64,000 nucleotides of DNA from a virus. Lineage: Duplodnaviria; Heunggongvirae; Uroviricota; Caudoviricetes. How positions within the stretch are numbered: the first letter of the stretch is position 1; each line of letters starts with the position of its first letter. The stretch is taken from the IMG/VR virus record IMGVR_UViG_2778261035_000005. One strand, 5' to 3'. The notes under the pieces were generated by a model. That model saw only the letters and a program-made list of their open reading frames with translations. It did no database searches and had not been told where the DNA came from. The position numbers were made by a program, and so were the translations under genes. Positions 10,010 through 18,269 of the stretch are shown piece after piece.

Positions 10010-10147
10010 ATGAATGTTCCCTCCGATGAAGTAACAGAATGGGCGGTCAGTATATTTTCAACTCATATACGACTCCCGGATTCTTATCCAATGACCGCCC
10101 ATCCTGTTACGTCATTTTGTTCAATTATGTCGTTTATACTGGGTTAA
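10010..10147 (+). CDS. possible small ORF (45 aa) with SD and start codon inside a perfect palindrome
   Basis: aggaggg SD then ATG at 10010; palindrome ggagggaacat-ga-atgttccctcc 10001-10024; may be RNA structure instead. Confidence 0.2.
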   Translation: MNVPSDEVTEWAVSIFSTHIRLPDSYPMTAHPVTSFCSIMSFILG

Positions 10148-10574
10148 AAAGCGGCGACGTAGCCCGGCTGGTATGGTTAGCCAGCACACAACGTTGAGGC
10201 CATTACATTTTTATCAATTCTAAGGTTCTATTCACAGAGATACCGGCGAGCGTTGATATGTAACATGTTGGGCAAACATTCAATCGGAGTAGTGGCCTCA
10301 ACGTTGTGAAGACAGGATAGTTGTGTAGGTTTAACCACTGTTGCCATTGGTGCCTGTTTTCACAACAAATGATTCCATACATCACATTGTATAAATTACA
10401 AAGTAAGTGCAGTCCTCAGAAACATCATCTACTTAAAGATTTTGCCTTCTACTATTGAGCGAAGTCGAAAGCGTCTGGCACTAACGAAAAGTGCAAGTAG
10501 CGGTGCGTTTCCTGGCAGAAACTAAACCGTCGCGATTGGCACTGTTGAGTAATAAATACTGGCAGTGCCGAATT

Positions 10575-10649
10575 GATGGTGTAGCTCAGCGGTAGAGCAG
10601 TTGGCTGTTAACCAACTGGTCGGTGGTTCGAATCCACCCACCATCGCCA
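10575..10649 (+). tRNA. tRNA-Asn (anticodon GTT)
   Basis: cloverleaf by hand: acceptor GATGGTG/CACCATC, D-stem GCTC/GAGC, anticodon loop CTGTTAA, T-loop TTCGAAT, CCA end; differs from host-type tRNA-Asn. Confidence 0.85.
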
Positions 10650-10651
10650 AT

Positions 10652-10727
10652 GCCGGTTTAGCTCAGTTGGTAGAGCACCTGCCTTGTAAGCAGGATGTCA
10701 GCGGTTCGAATCCGTTAACCGGCACCA
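10652..10727 (+). tRNA. tRNA-Thr (anticodon TGT)
   Basis: acceptor GCCGGTT/AACCGGC, anticodon stem CCTGC/GCAGG, loop CTTGTAA, T-loop TTCGAAT, CCA. Confidence 0.85.
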
Positions 10728-10940
10728 ACACAACAGGAAAGAGCATTGAGAACCGCCGAGACTGCCCTGTTTGAAGCGTAAGTCCGTGCAAACGTCATAC
10801 AGTGCTCTTTTCGTTGTGGTGAATGCGGCTAAGCGCACGCGGGGAAATGGTTATATTGATCCTTTGTGATGACTATTGGCTCCGTCCACGGTGGATAACC
10901 AGCCAAAGGACACCGGGAAGCACCCGGCACCACAACAATT

Positions 10941-11027
10941 GGAGAGTAGGGAGCATGGTGCTCAAGCGGTCTTGAAAACCGTCCCATTGCGCAAGCGATG
11001 ATGGTTCGATTCCATTACTCTCCGCCA
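10941..11027 (+). tRNA. tRNA-Ser (anticodon TGA), class II with long variable arm
   Basis: acceptor GGAGAGT/ACTCTCC, anticodon loop CTTGAAA, long variable arm, T-loop TTCGATT, CCA. Confidence 0.75.
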
Positions 11028-11182
11028 GACACAGCGTTGAGCGGTTTGGCCTTTTAATCACCCAGATTAAGACTCCGCTAACATAAACCAGACCGCTCAA
11101 CGCTGTGATAGACAATTACGGCAGACGTTCTTAACCATAGCTTGCTAACATCCTAGCAACACTTTTTTTCAGCGCAAAATTC

Positions 11183-11206
11183 AAAGGGGCTTCGGCCCCT
11201 TTTTGG
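11183..11206. terminator. bidirectional intrinsic terminator
   Basis: aaaggggc-ttcg-gcccc-tttttgg hairpin flanked by A-run and T-run; between tRNA cluster and convergent minus-strand gene. Confidence 0.7.
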
Positions 11207-11211
11207 CTGGG

Positions 11212-12492
11212 TTAATTAAAACCGAATGAATCAAGTTCTGCTTTTAATTTATCGACCATTTTTTCAACTTCAACCACAATTTCGCCAATCACCTTTTCTT
11301 TGTGTTGATTAGAGCTAAGTTCAAAATAGGCGTTATATAACGCATAACGAGACAGAAAATTTCTAATCTCATTAGCGGGTCTAATGGTGTAGCCATCGGT
11401 TAACACGATATCGGTCTGTCTAGAGTGCTTCTCGTTGAGTTTTATTAGCCGCTTTATCTGTTTTTCATCCTTGAGCACTATCACTTTGTTAGCTGCAATT
11501 TCAAGCTCCCAGCCGACAAAATAACGCAGCGTAGAATTTAATTTAGCCACTTCCTCGGCTGCAATTTCCATTTTCAGCTCAATGTAGTTTCGCATATGCA
11601 TAGGTAGGTCATTAAATCTTTGCAGCAAATGTTGTCGGCAGGGGTTGTTGTAAGACCAAAGAACTGCAAACGTAAGCCTATGATAACAGCTTATCGCATT
11701 GGTATTACAGGCCGAATCACCAACAATCATGCGATCAACATAAAACTCTACGTCTTTTTGGTATTCTTTATTGAATATATCAGCGGCATAGGTGTCCAGG
11801 TAATGAACTTTAGATATTGCATCTTCAAAGAAAAGTTCATTTTCGAAGAAGTTGTATTTGTTCAGGAGACGATAAAGTTTCTTTGCGTCGTAGGTTTTGC
11901 TATTGTCGACATTAAGACCAAAAATAGCAATCAGCAGACTTACTTTTGGACTAATGCTGTTGCGCAGTTGTTCTATGTAAGATCTCTTTTCACTATCCGC
12001 AGATGACGGCAGATAGAAGTCTTTATCTACATAATTTAGAATTAAAATAATGTGGTTAACATACTTAATATAAACAGGGTTTTTTGTTGCATAGTAATAA
12101 ACGCCCTTGACGACTTTTATATTCAATTTCAAATTGTACTGACTATCATCCAGTAAGGTTTTGTTAACATCCTCAAGTAATTTATTATGCTGTTCAAGTA
12201 ATATGCCGTACCATTCCTTAAAAGAAGATTTTTTCATTTCAAGAAGCGAAGCCGCCGTCAGCCTGGTCGCTCTCATTGCCGCCTTTGCACTATGCCTTGC
12301 CTCATAAGCGGCCCATGCTGTGGCTAAAAAGGCAAGTGAAGTAGCAAGCGTACCTATAACCTCTACGTTTTCCTTGACGGTATCCCAGAAAATAATCATC
12401 ACTGTCCCAAGTATGAGGATTAACAAAACAGGCATTTTATCAGTGTCTTTGGTTAATTTTGAAACTGAATGATACCTAATCGACCATACCAT
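11212..12492 (-). CDS. hypothetical membrane-anchored protein, A+T-rich (candidate exclusion/defence cargo)
   Basis: ORF track; two N-terminal hydrophobic helices then ~350 aa soluble domain; strongly A+T-rich versus neighbours; alternative ATG at 12435. Confidence 0.55.
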   Translation of the reverse strand: MVWSIRYHSVSKLTKDTDKMPVLLILILGTVMIIFWDTVKENVEVIGTLATSLAFLATAWAAYEARHSAKAAMRATRLTAASLLEMKKSSFKEWYGILLEQHNKLLEDVNKTLLDDSQYNLKLNIKVVKGVYYYATKNPVYIKYVNHIILILNYVDKDFYLPSSADSEKRSYIEQLRNSISPKVSLLIAIFGLNVDNSKTYDAKKLYRLLNKYNFFENELFFEDAISKVHYLDTYAADIFNKEYQKDVEFYVDRMIVGDSACNTNAISCYHRLTFAVLWSYNNPCRQHLLQRFNDLPMHMRNYIELKMEIAAEEVAKLNSTLRYFVGWELEIAANKVIVLKDEKQIKRLIKLNEKHSRQTDIVLTDGYTIRPANEIRNFLSRYALYNAYFELSSNQHKEKVIGEIVVEVEKMVDKLKAELDSFGFN

Positions 12493-12641
12493 TTCAGCTA
12501 GTTTAAAGCTGTCTTGCCGGTTCTAGTGTGTCAACCTCACAAAGCCATTTCTGCTTAGTAACCAAACACATTAAATAGGTAATGACTCACCTATTCATTT
12601 TAGCTATAGTCACGACACTTACTCACTTGAAAGGACTCTAT

Positions 12642-12767
12642 ATGGGAAACAAACGTAAACAGGCGCGTCGCGCAGCTCGTCAGGCAGTGAAGTCAAAGCC
12701 ACGCATCCACGGCTACGAAATTGACACAATCATCGTTAATGAACAGCAGTTGCACGAGGTGAAGTGA
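12642..12767 (+). CDS. small basic protein (41 aa)
   Basis: aagga SD 6 nt before ATG 12642; MGNKRKQARRAARQAVKSKPR; stop overlaps next start. Confidence 0.4.
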   Translation: MGNKRKQARRAARQAVKSKPRIHGYEIDTIIVNEQQLHEVK

Positions 12768-13012
12768 TGAAAGTCGTTATCTACGGACGAGATAACTGCT
12801 CATACTGCAAACGTGCGGTCGAGCTGGCGAAGCAACTAAAGGGACATGGCTACGGTGATTATGAGTACATAAACATCACCACTGCCGGTATCGATAAGGA
12901 AAAACTTAGCGAAATTGTTGGTAAACCGGTAGAGACTATCCCCCAGGTGCTGATCGATGGCCAGCCGATTGGCGGATACACAGAGATGGCATCTTTCGTA
13001 AGTTTCTTATAA
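12767..13012 (+). CDS. glutaredoxin / NrdH-like redoxin
   Basis: VVIYGRDNCSYCKRA CxxC motif, small thioredoxin-fold length. Confidence 0.75.
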   Translation: MKVVIYGRDNCSYCKRAVELAKQLKGHGYGDYEYINITTAGIDKEKLSEIVGKPVETIPQVLIDGQPIGGYTEMASFVSFL

Positions 13013-13050
13013 GTAAAAGCCACATCTTTGTACATATAGTACATATAACA

Positions 13051-13075
13051 AAAAAGGCCCATATGGGCCTTTTTC
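13051..13075. terminator. bidirectional intrinsic terminator
   Basis: aaaaaggcccatatgggcctttttc perfect hairpin with flanking A and T runs. Confidence 0.75.
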
Positions 13076-13196
13076 ATAACTTCTAGCTAACCACTACAGT
13101 GGCTTAAAGACCACTTCACCCTTGCGTTCAGCTTCAGCTTTAGCAGTCATGAATCGTTTGATCATTTCGACTTTGCTAGCATGGATAGTTTTAAAA

Positions 13197-13751
13197 TCAA
13201 TCTTCCCTTTGTTTTGGGTAGTGTTGTGTTCGTATCGCATAGGAAGCTCCGTCATTTAAATAAGTTAGGCCACGCTCTTGTGTAAATCTCTTCACATATC
13301 TCTTGTATGTGGCCATCAGTTCTTCGCGTTCTGCCGCAAAGAATAAAATCTGTATGCCTTCATTGTCGGCAACTTTGAGCATTAAGTCAACTAAAGTACC
13401 GTAAAGGTATTGAAGTTCACCTAAAGTAAGATTAAAAGACCCTTCGGGTTTGGCAAATACGTTAATTGGCTCTTCCGCTCCAAGAGCGACATTCTGGAGC
13501 TGTTCTTGCTGCCTGTCAAGTTGAATCATGTCCACAAAACTAACGACAGATACACACAACCCATAAACATCAGCACCTAACATATTATGCATAGTTTCTG
13601 CGGCAACAGGATCTAAAGAAGGAGGGCAAAAGACTAAACGGTATCTAGCCTTACGAGCTTCATTGCCAGAGAAAACAAAGTCTATATCTAAATATGACAG
13701 ATCACCCGGCAATGAAGCCAAACCAGGTGTAACCAACTTATGCAAGTGCAT
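13197..13751 (-). CDS. hypothetical protein
   Basis: ORF track; agaggga SD upstream of ATG on minus strand; divergent from recombinase gene. Confidence 0.5.
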   Translation of the reverse strand: MHLHKLVTPGLASLPGDLSYLDIDFVFSGNEARKARYRLVFCPPSLDPVAAETMHNMLGADVYGLCVSVVSFVDMIQLDRQQEQLQNVALGAEEPINVFAKPEGSFNLTLGELQYLYGTLVDLMLKVADNEGIQILFFAAEREELMATYKRYVKRFTQERGLTYLNDGASYAIRTQHYPKQRED

Positions 13752-13887
13752 CTGTCTCGAATCCCTCTTTATTAGTATAAGTTGTCTTATTGTACCCTAC
13801 CAAACGTTTATATGCATTGTTATGTATTATTTTGATTTTCAATATTACCTCCTAGAACGAAGGGTAGATTTCAAAAAACGCACCCTC

Positions 13888-13920
13888 AATGATTCCATAC
13901 CTACTATGTATGGAATCATT
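13888..13920. other. lox/dif-like recombination core site candidate (13-bp inverted arms, 7-bp spacer)
   Basis: AATGATTCCATAC-CTACTAT-GTATGGAATCATT perfect inverted repeat 98 bp upstream of recombinase ATG. Confidence 0.5.
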
Positions 13921-14018
13921 ACTGAAAATGAGTTACTTTTACTCTTGATCCTATAAGAATCTATGCCTAATATACTGTTTACTTATACAGTGCATCGGCG
14001 TAACTCGGTGATTGTCAT

Positions 14019-15122
14019 ATGAAAAATAGCTTTGACAGAGCACGCGCTGCGGAGAACACCTCAAAAGAGGCGATTGAGTATCTCGAAAGAGCATCTCAAA
14101 TGCAGGCCGTTATGATCTCCCAGGTCAGCAATGACATGAGATTCTCGGACGCATTCATGTTATTCACTCGCTTATCTCTGCTGATAACAAGACGTCGGCC
14201 AGAGATCGCTGTTCATTGTATTTTGATACATGTTTTGCCGCACATTGCCGATGTAAAAGTAAGTGATATTAATAGGTTCATGGTGAACCAACTGGTCAAC
14301 CCACTAATACTGGATGGCAAAATTGTTATGGGTCGCCGCGTTTTCTCTCTGATGAAGCAGTTCCTCAGCTGGTGCGCCTTCCAGGGGATGATCGACGTGT
14401 CACCGTTAAACGATATGTCACTTAACAAAGTTGCCGGTGGCGCAAAGCCCACACCTCGCGAGCGGAAGCTAACCGACGCAGAGGTATGGGTGTTCTGGAA
14501 TATATGGGACTACTTCAATGTGTGTGCTGGTACAAAATGGGCGGCCAGGCTATGTCTTGTATCCGCAAGACGACCTGACGAAGTACTGCGGGCTAAAAAA
14601 AGTGAGTTCAACCTCCAGCGTGGGGTTTGGAATCAAGGCAAGAGAAACAAATCAGCCCGTGAGCATTCTCTGCCTTTAAGCACATTAATGCGCACATGCA
14701 TTGAAGAGTTATTCGAATATGGTAAAGGCAGCCAGTGGCTTGTGCCTTCGAATAAAAAAATCGGGAAAGATCTTCCGATGTCTAAAGTGGCAATAGCCCA
14801 GGCATTACGCCGTATCCTGGAACGACCAGAACTGATGGAGCTTGAGCCATTTACACCACGAGATTTGCGTCGTACTGCGCGTAGTTACTTCCCAGCATTA
14901 GGCATAAGCCAGGAGGTATCACGTAAAATCATGAACCACAGTCTTGAGGGGATAGATCGGGTCTACGACCGGCACGATTATATGGACGAGATGCGAGACG
15001 CCTTAGAAAGTTTCTCGACGTACATCGCATCAATCGTAGAGCAACCGGATTTAGACGAAATTGACCACAAATTCAAGGGAGATCGTCTATCGACAGAGCT
15101 TATTCGTGTAAATTTTTCATAG
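14019..15122 (+). CDS. tyrosine site-specific recombinase (integrase/resolvase family)
   Basis: C-terminal catalytic region PRDLRRTARSYF...HSLEGIDRVYDRHD (R, HxxR, Tyr); N-terminal ~120 aa lacks an obvious arm-binding domain. Confidence 0.75.
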   Translation: MKNSFDRARAAENTSKEAIEYLERASQMQAVMISQVSNDMRFSDAFMLFTRLSLLITRRRPEIAVHCILIHVLPHIADVKVSDINRFMVNQLVNPLILDGKIVMGRRVFSLMKQFLSWCAFQGMIDVSPLNDMSLNKVAGGAKPTPRERKLTDAEVWVFWNIWDYFNVCAGTKWAARLCLVSARRPDEVLRAKKSEFNLQRGVWNQGKRNKSAREHSLPLSTLMRTCIEELFEYGKGSQWLVPSNKKIGKDLPMSKVAIAQALRRILERPELMELEPFTPRDLRRTARSYFPALGISQEVSRKIMNHSLEGIDRVYDRHDYMDEMRDALESFSTYIASIVEQPDLDEIDHKFKGDRLSTELIRVNFS

Positions 15123-15503
15123 AGACTTTATGGCCTCAACAACCTTTTGTGATGCGCCTTTCTCTTTACCGAATCGCTCGTTATATGCAGCAAGAACCTG
15201 TTTTTCGTCCTCGTTAAGAGGAGCAGTGCCTTCTTTGTATAAAAATGCTGCGAGTTCGGGTTGGCGTTCTTCCAGCACCATCATCATAAGACGACTTGGC
15301 TCAATACCCAGTGCCAGCGCCAGCGGACGAACCTTATCGATAGGCAAAGGAATTTTGCCGCTTTTAATTAAAGAAAGGTTGTTGGCGTTTTTATACCCAA
15401 TTGTTTTGGCTATCTGGGCCTGGCTCATAGGTGAGGATTCAATCAACCCTGCGATAAAAGCAGCGTAGCGACTTTCTATAAATTCAATCTTGTTGTCAGA
15501 CAT
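15117..15503 (-). CDS. XRE-family HTH transcriptional regulator (repressor-like)
   Basis: HTH-like MSQAQIAKTIGYKNANNLSLIKSGK; divergent from small ORF; palindromic motif in its upstream region. Confidence 0.6.
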   Translation of the reverse strand: MSDNKIEFIESRYAAFIAGLIESSPMSQAQIAKTIGYKNANNLSLIKSGKIPLPIDKVRPLALALGIEPSRLMMMVLEERQPELAAFLYKEGTAPLNEDEKQVLAAYNERFGKEKGASQKVVEAIKSL

Positions 15504-15534
15504 TGTTACAACCTTTGCGCGTTCAATTCTCTCT

Positions 15535-15548
15535 GGTAAGTGCTTACC
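15535..15548. promoter_or_regulatory. palindromic operator-like site GGTAAG-TG-CTTACC in regulator promoter region
   Basis: perfect inverted repeat; member of motif family recurring in >=15 intergenic regions. Confidence 0.4.
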
Positions 15549-15754
15549 GATATTACATCAAAGGTTAGGGTTGTAAAGCTATTATCATTTTTTTCGGCAG
15601 GCACTTTAAAGACCGGACAAAGACCAATGCATGGTGAAAAACTAGCCCCAAATAGGTAAGAAAATTAACTTGCATCTAATATGGATGTATTCAGTATTGA
15701 TATAAATTTTAGTAGTATTCCTTACAATAGTATAAGTAAGAATGGATTGATTGA

Positions 15755-15967
15755 ATGAACACCACTATTTCCAGCCTAATAGCTCTTGAGATCGGACACG
15801 TACAAAAATTAGCTGATGAGTGTGTAGCTGACATCCTCACCGAGCTACCGAATGAGCAGATTGAGGTTGGTGTGAATGACACAACTGGCTTTATATTCGA
15901 ACTTAACAACAAACGCTTCACGCTTATCAATACCGGCTCCGGGTCTTTAGCCGTCAGAACCTGTTAA
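15755..15967 (+). CDS. small hypothetical protein (Cro-like position)
   Basis: ORF track; divergent from XRE regulator. Confidence 0.4.
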   Translation: MNTTISSLIALEIGHVQKLADECVADILTELPNEQIEVGVNDTTGFIFELNNKRFTLINTGSGSLAVRTC

Positions 15968-16065
15968 TCCCTCTTCTACCTGCGCGAATGGCTTAGTTCC
16001 CTGTTCGCGCAGTGCTACATTAAACACACTAGTAAATAATTTGTTTTCATAACAAAGGATTAGCC

Positions 16066-18174
16066 ATGTCCAAAAAACGTTCCATCAAAGAGGTTCAGGA
16101 CTTCCGTGACAGTGTAAAACGAGTAGTCGCTCTCCTTTCAGGTAAAAACATCCCTGTTGCAGAACGAGGGGACGACGCTTATGTACGCTATAACGATGAT
16201 GGAGAGCCAATTCTCGTAAACATCCCATCAATCCCAGATAACGCAACACCGGCATTGATGAATGCAGTACGCGGATTTCTAGATCATGAAGTTGCTCACA
16301 TTTTGTTTACCGATATTCATGTGTCCAACAAAATGAGAGAAAAAGGACACGTCCCTTCCTGGTCACTATGGAATGCCTTAGAAGACGTGTTCATCGAGCG
16401 AAAAATGGGGCAGGTCTTTAACGGAACAAGACGTAATCTGATGGCAACTCAGCGCCTGATAATCGAAAAAGTCTTTAAACCAAAGGCTTCAGAGGCTATT
16501 ACTTATTGTGGCAAAGATCAGCGCGCGCTTTTTCTAAACTTCTTTCTCTGTCCGGTTGTAAGAGCCTGGGATGGCCAAGCACCGTTCGTAGATTTCATGG
16601 ATGAATACTGGCCTGTCATTGAGAAACCAATTTCATTATTAAAAGAACATGGTATCGATGTGGCCGTGCGTAACATGTCTTGCACCGAGGATTGTTTAAA
16701 GGTGGCTGCGACCATAGCTAAGATCCTCAAAGACACAGAAAGTGAAAGCAAAGGTAAGGAGTCAGCTCCGGGAAAAACTCCCGATCCTTCAGACGCTGAC
16801 CAAGCGGATTCCTCTGGAGAAAGTAATGAAGACAATGAAGATCACAAGACACATGAGATGCTAGATAACCACATATCTATAGATGATGAGTCACACGGTA
16901 AGTACATACATGATGATAACGATAGTGATGATTCAGATAATTCTGAATCATCAGAAACAATATTCGATGATACAAAAAATGATAAAGAGGTATTAGATTC
17001 TGATACTTCCAATAGCGCGACGACAGAAGCAACTACCTCGGATCACGAAAAAAGAAAAACGGCAGAAGACGGCTCTTCAGACATTCCCACTCCGTCCAAA
17101 ATGAGTCTGGAAGAGGCTTTAGAGGAGCTTGATAGCATGGAAGATGAAGTCGGAGGCATGACAGAAGATGCACTATCCGAAACGATTAAAAGCGAGTTAA
17201 CAGAAAGCTCGAAAAGCGAATACAGGCCATACAATCGCTCATACGACTTCATCGGTTCGATTGATCAGGCAGAAGCCCATATCAAACGGCTTATTAAAAC
17301 ATTCTCCGATATTGATTTAGGTGGATATCCAATCAGCCGTTATCGCATCGTTCCTGAAGGCAACCAACTCTTCGACAAATATATTGAAAAGCATCTTTCG
17401 TCAGGTGTTTCGTCGACGCTGGCAAAAGACCTGGAGCGTGCAATTGCAAGCAGAAACAGAGTTCAGTTTATACCGGGCCAGCGTCGGGGGCGCATTCATG
17501 GTTCTAGTATCTACAGATTAGCAATGAATGATGATCGCGTGTTTCGTAAAAAAGAAGAATCTAAGGCCGTTAACGCCTGTGTTCAACAAGTGATTGATTT
17601 ATCAGGTTCAATGAGCGGCGAAACGATTAAACTGGCTCTTGCAAGTGCATATACCATCGCCGATGCGCTTGATCGAATAAATGTTCCCAACATTATCACC
17701 GGCTTCACAACATTTGGTAGTCATATGGCAGCAGGAGAGCTTAAGGCAATCAAGTATGAGTTCTCTCGCTTTGAATCTTTAATGCTACCTATCATCAAAA
17801 ATTGGAATGAAAAGGCAAATTCTCGCGAAGTTCGCTCACGTATGGGGTGCGTAGGCTACACATTCCCACTTCTTAATAACGTGGATGGTGAAAGCATAGC
17901 CAGCCTTGCATCGTTATTTTCTGGTCGCATGGAGGACAAGAAGATCATGCTTGTTCTAAGCGATGGCGCGCCGTGGGCTGTTGGGAGAGGTTTTGACGCT
18001 CATTTGCGTTCGGTTGCGAAGCAAATTGAAACGCAGACTGACATTGATTTGATGGCAATTGGCATCATGACTGACGCACCGGAGAGATTTTACGCAAACC
18101 ATGCCCTAGTAACGAGCGTTGATAGTCTTGGTTCATCTGTAGTTACTGAACTATCTCGTATCATTTTGAAGTGA
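16066..18174 (+). CDS. cobT: CobT-like protein with von Willebrand factor A domain
   Basis: MIDAS motif VIDLSGSMSG; long acidic Asp/Glu/Ser-rich linker; adjacent CobS-like ATPase. Confidence 0.65.
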   Translation: MSKKRSIKEVQDFRDSVKRVVALLSGKNIPVAERGDDAYVRYNDDGEPILVNIPSIPDNATPALMNAVRGFLDHEVAHILFTDIHVSNKMREKGHVPSWSLWNALEDVFIERKMGQVFNGTRRNLMATQRLIIEKVFKPKASEAITYCGKDQRALFLNFFLCPVVRAWDGQAPFVDFMDEYWPVIEKPISLLKEHGIDVAVRNMSCTEDCLKVAATIAKILKDTESESKGKESAPGKTPDPSDADQADSSGESNEDNEDHKTHEMLDNHISIDDESHGKYIHDDNDSDDSDNSESSETIFDDTKNDKEVLDSDTSNSATTEATTSDHEKRKTAEDGSSDIPTPSKMSLEEALEELDSMEDEVGGMTEDALSETIKSELTESSKSEYRPYNRSYDFIGSIDQAEAHIKRLIKTFSDIDLGGYPISRYRIVPEGNQLFDKYIEKHLSSGVSSTLAKDLERAIASRNRVQFIPGQRRGRIHGSSIYRLAMNDDRVFRKKEESKAVNACVQQVIDLSGSMSGETIKLALASAYTIADALDRINVPNIITGFTTFGSHMAAGELKAIKYEFSRFESLMLPIIKNWNEKANSREVRSRMGCVGYTFPLLNNVDGESIASLASLFSGRMEDKKIMLVLSDGAPWAVGRGFDAHLRSVAKQIETQTDIDLMAIGIMTDAPERFYANHALVTSVDSLGSSVVTELSRIILK

Positions 18175-18269
18175 TTAGAATAGCCTTAATGATAAGTAAT
18201 CACTTACGATATTTGATGGTATATTTATATAAGAAGTTGAAAGCTCATTAGAAAACAAAGGAAAAACGC

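Noticed and set aside
10060-10078. T7-promoter-like sequence (catatacgactc)
   Set aside because: Only a partial match to the T7 consensus and no phage RNA polymerase gene in the window; probably coincidental.
13094-13240. Small 48-codon minus-strand ORF between terminator and the 184-aa ORF
   Set aside because: Overlaps the 3' end of the larger ORF in another frame and has no clear SD; insufficient support.
14019-15122. Recombinase as a canonical prophage-end integrase marking the host junction
   Set aside because: The gene lies ~46 kb from the host junction with element genes on both sides, and the nearby tRNAs are element-type, not host att targets.
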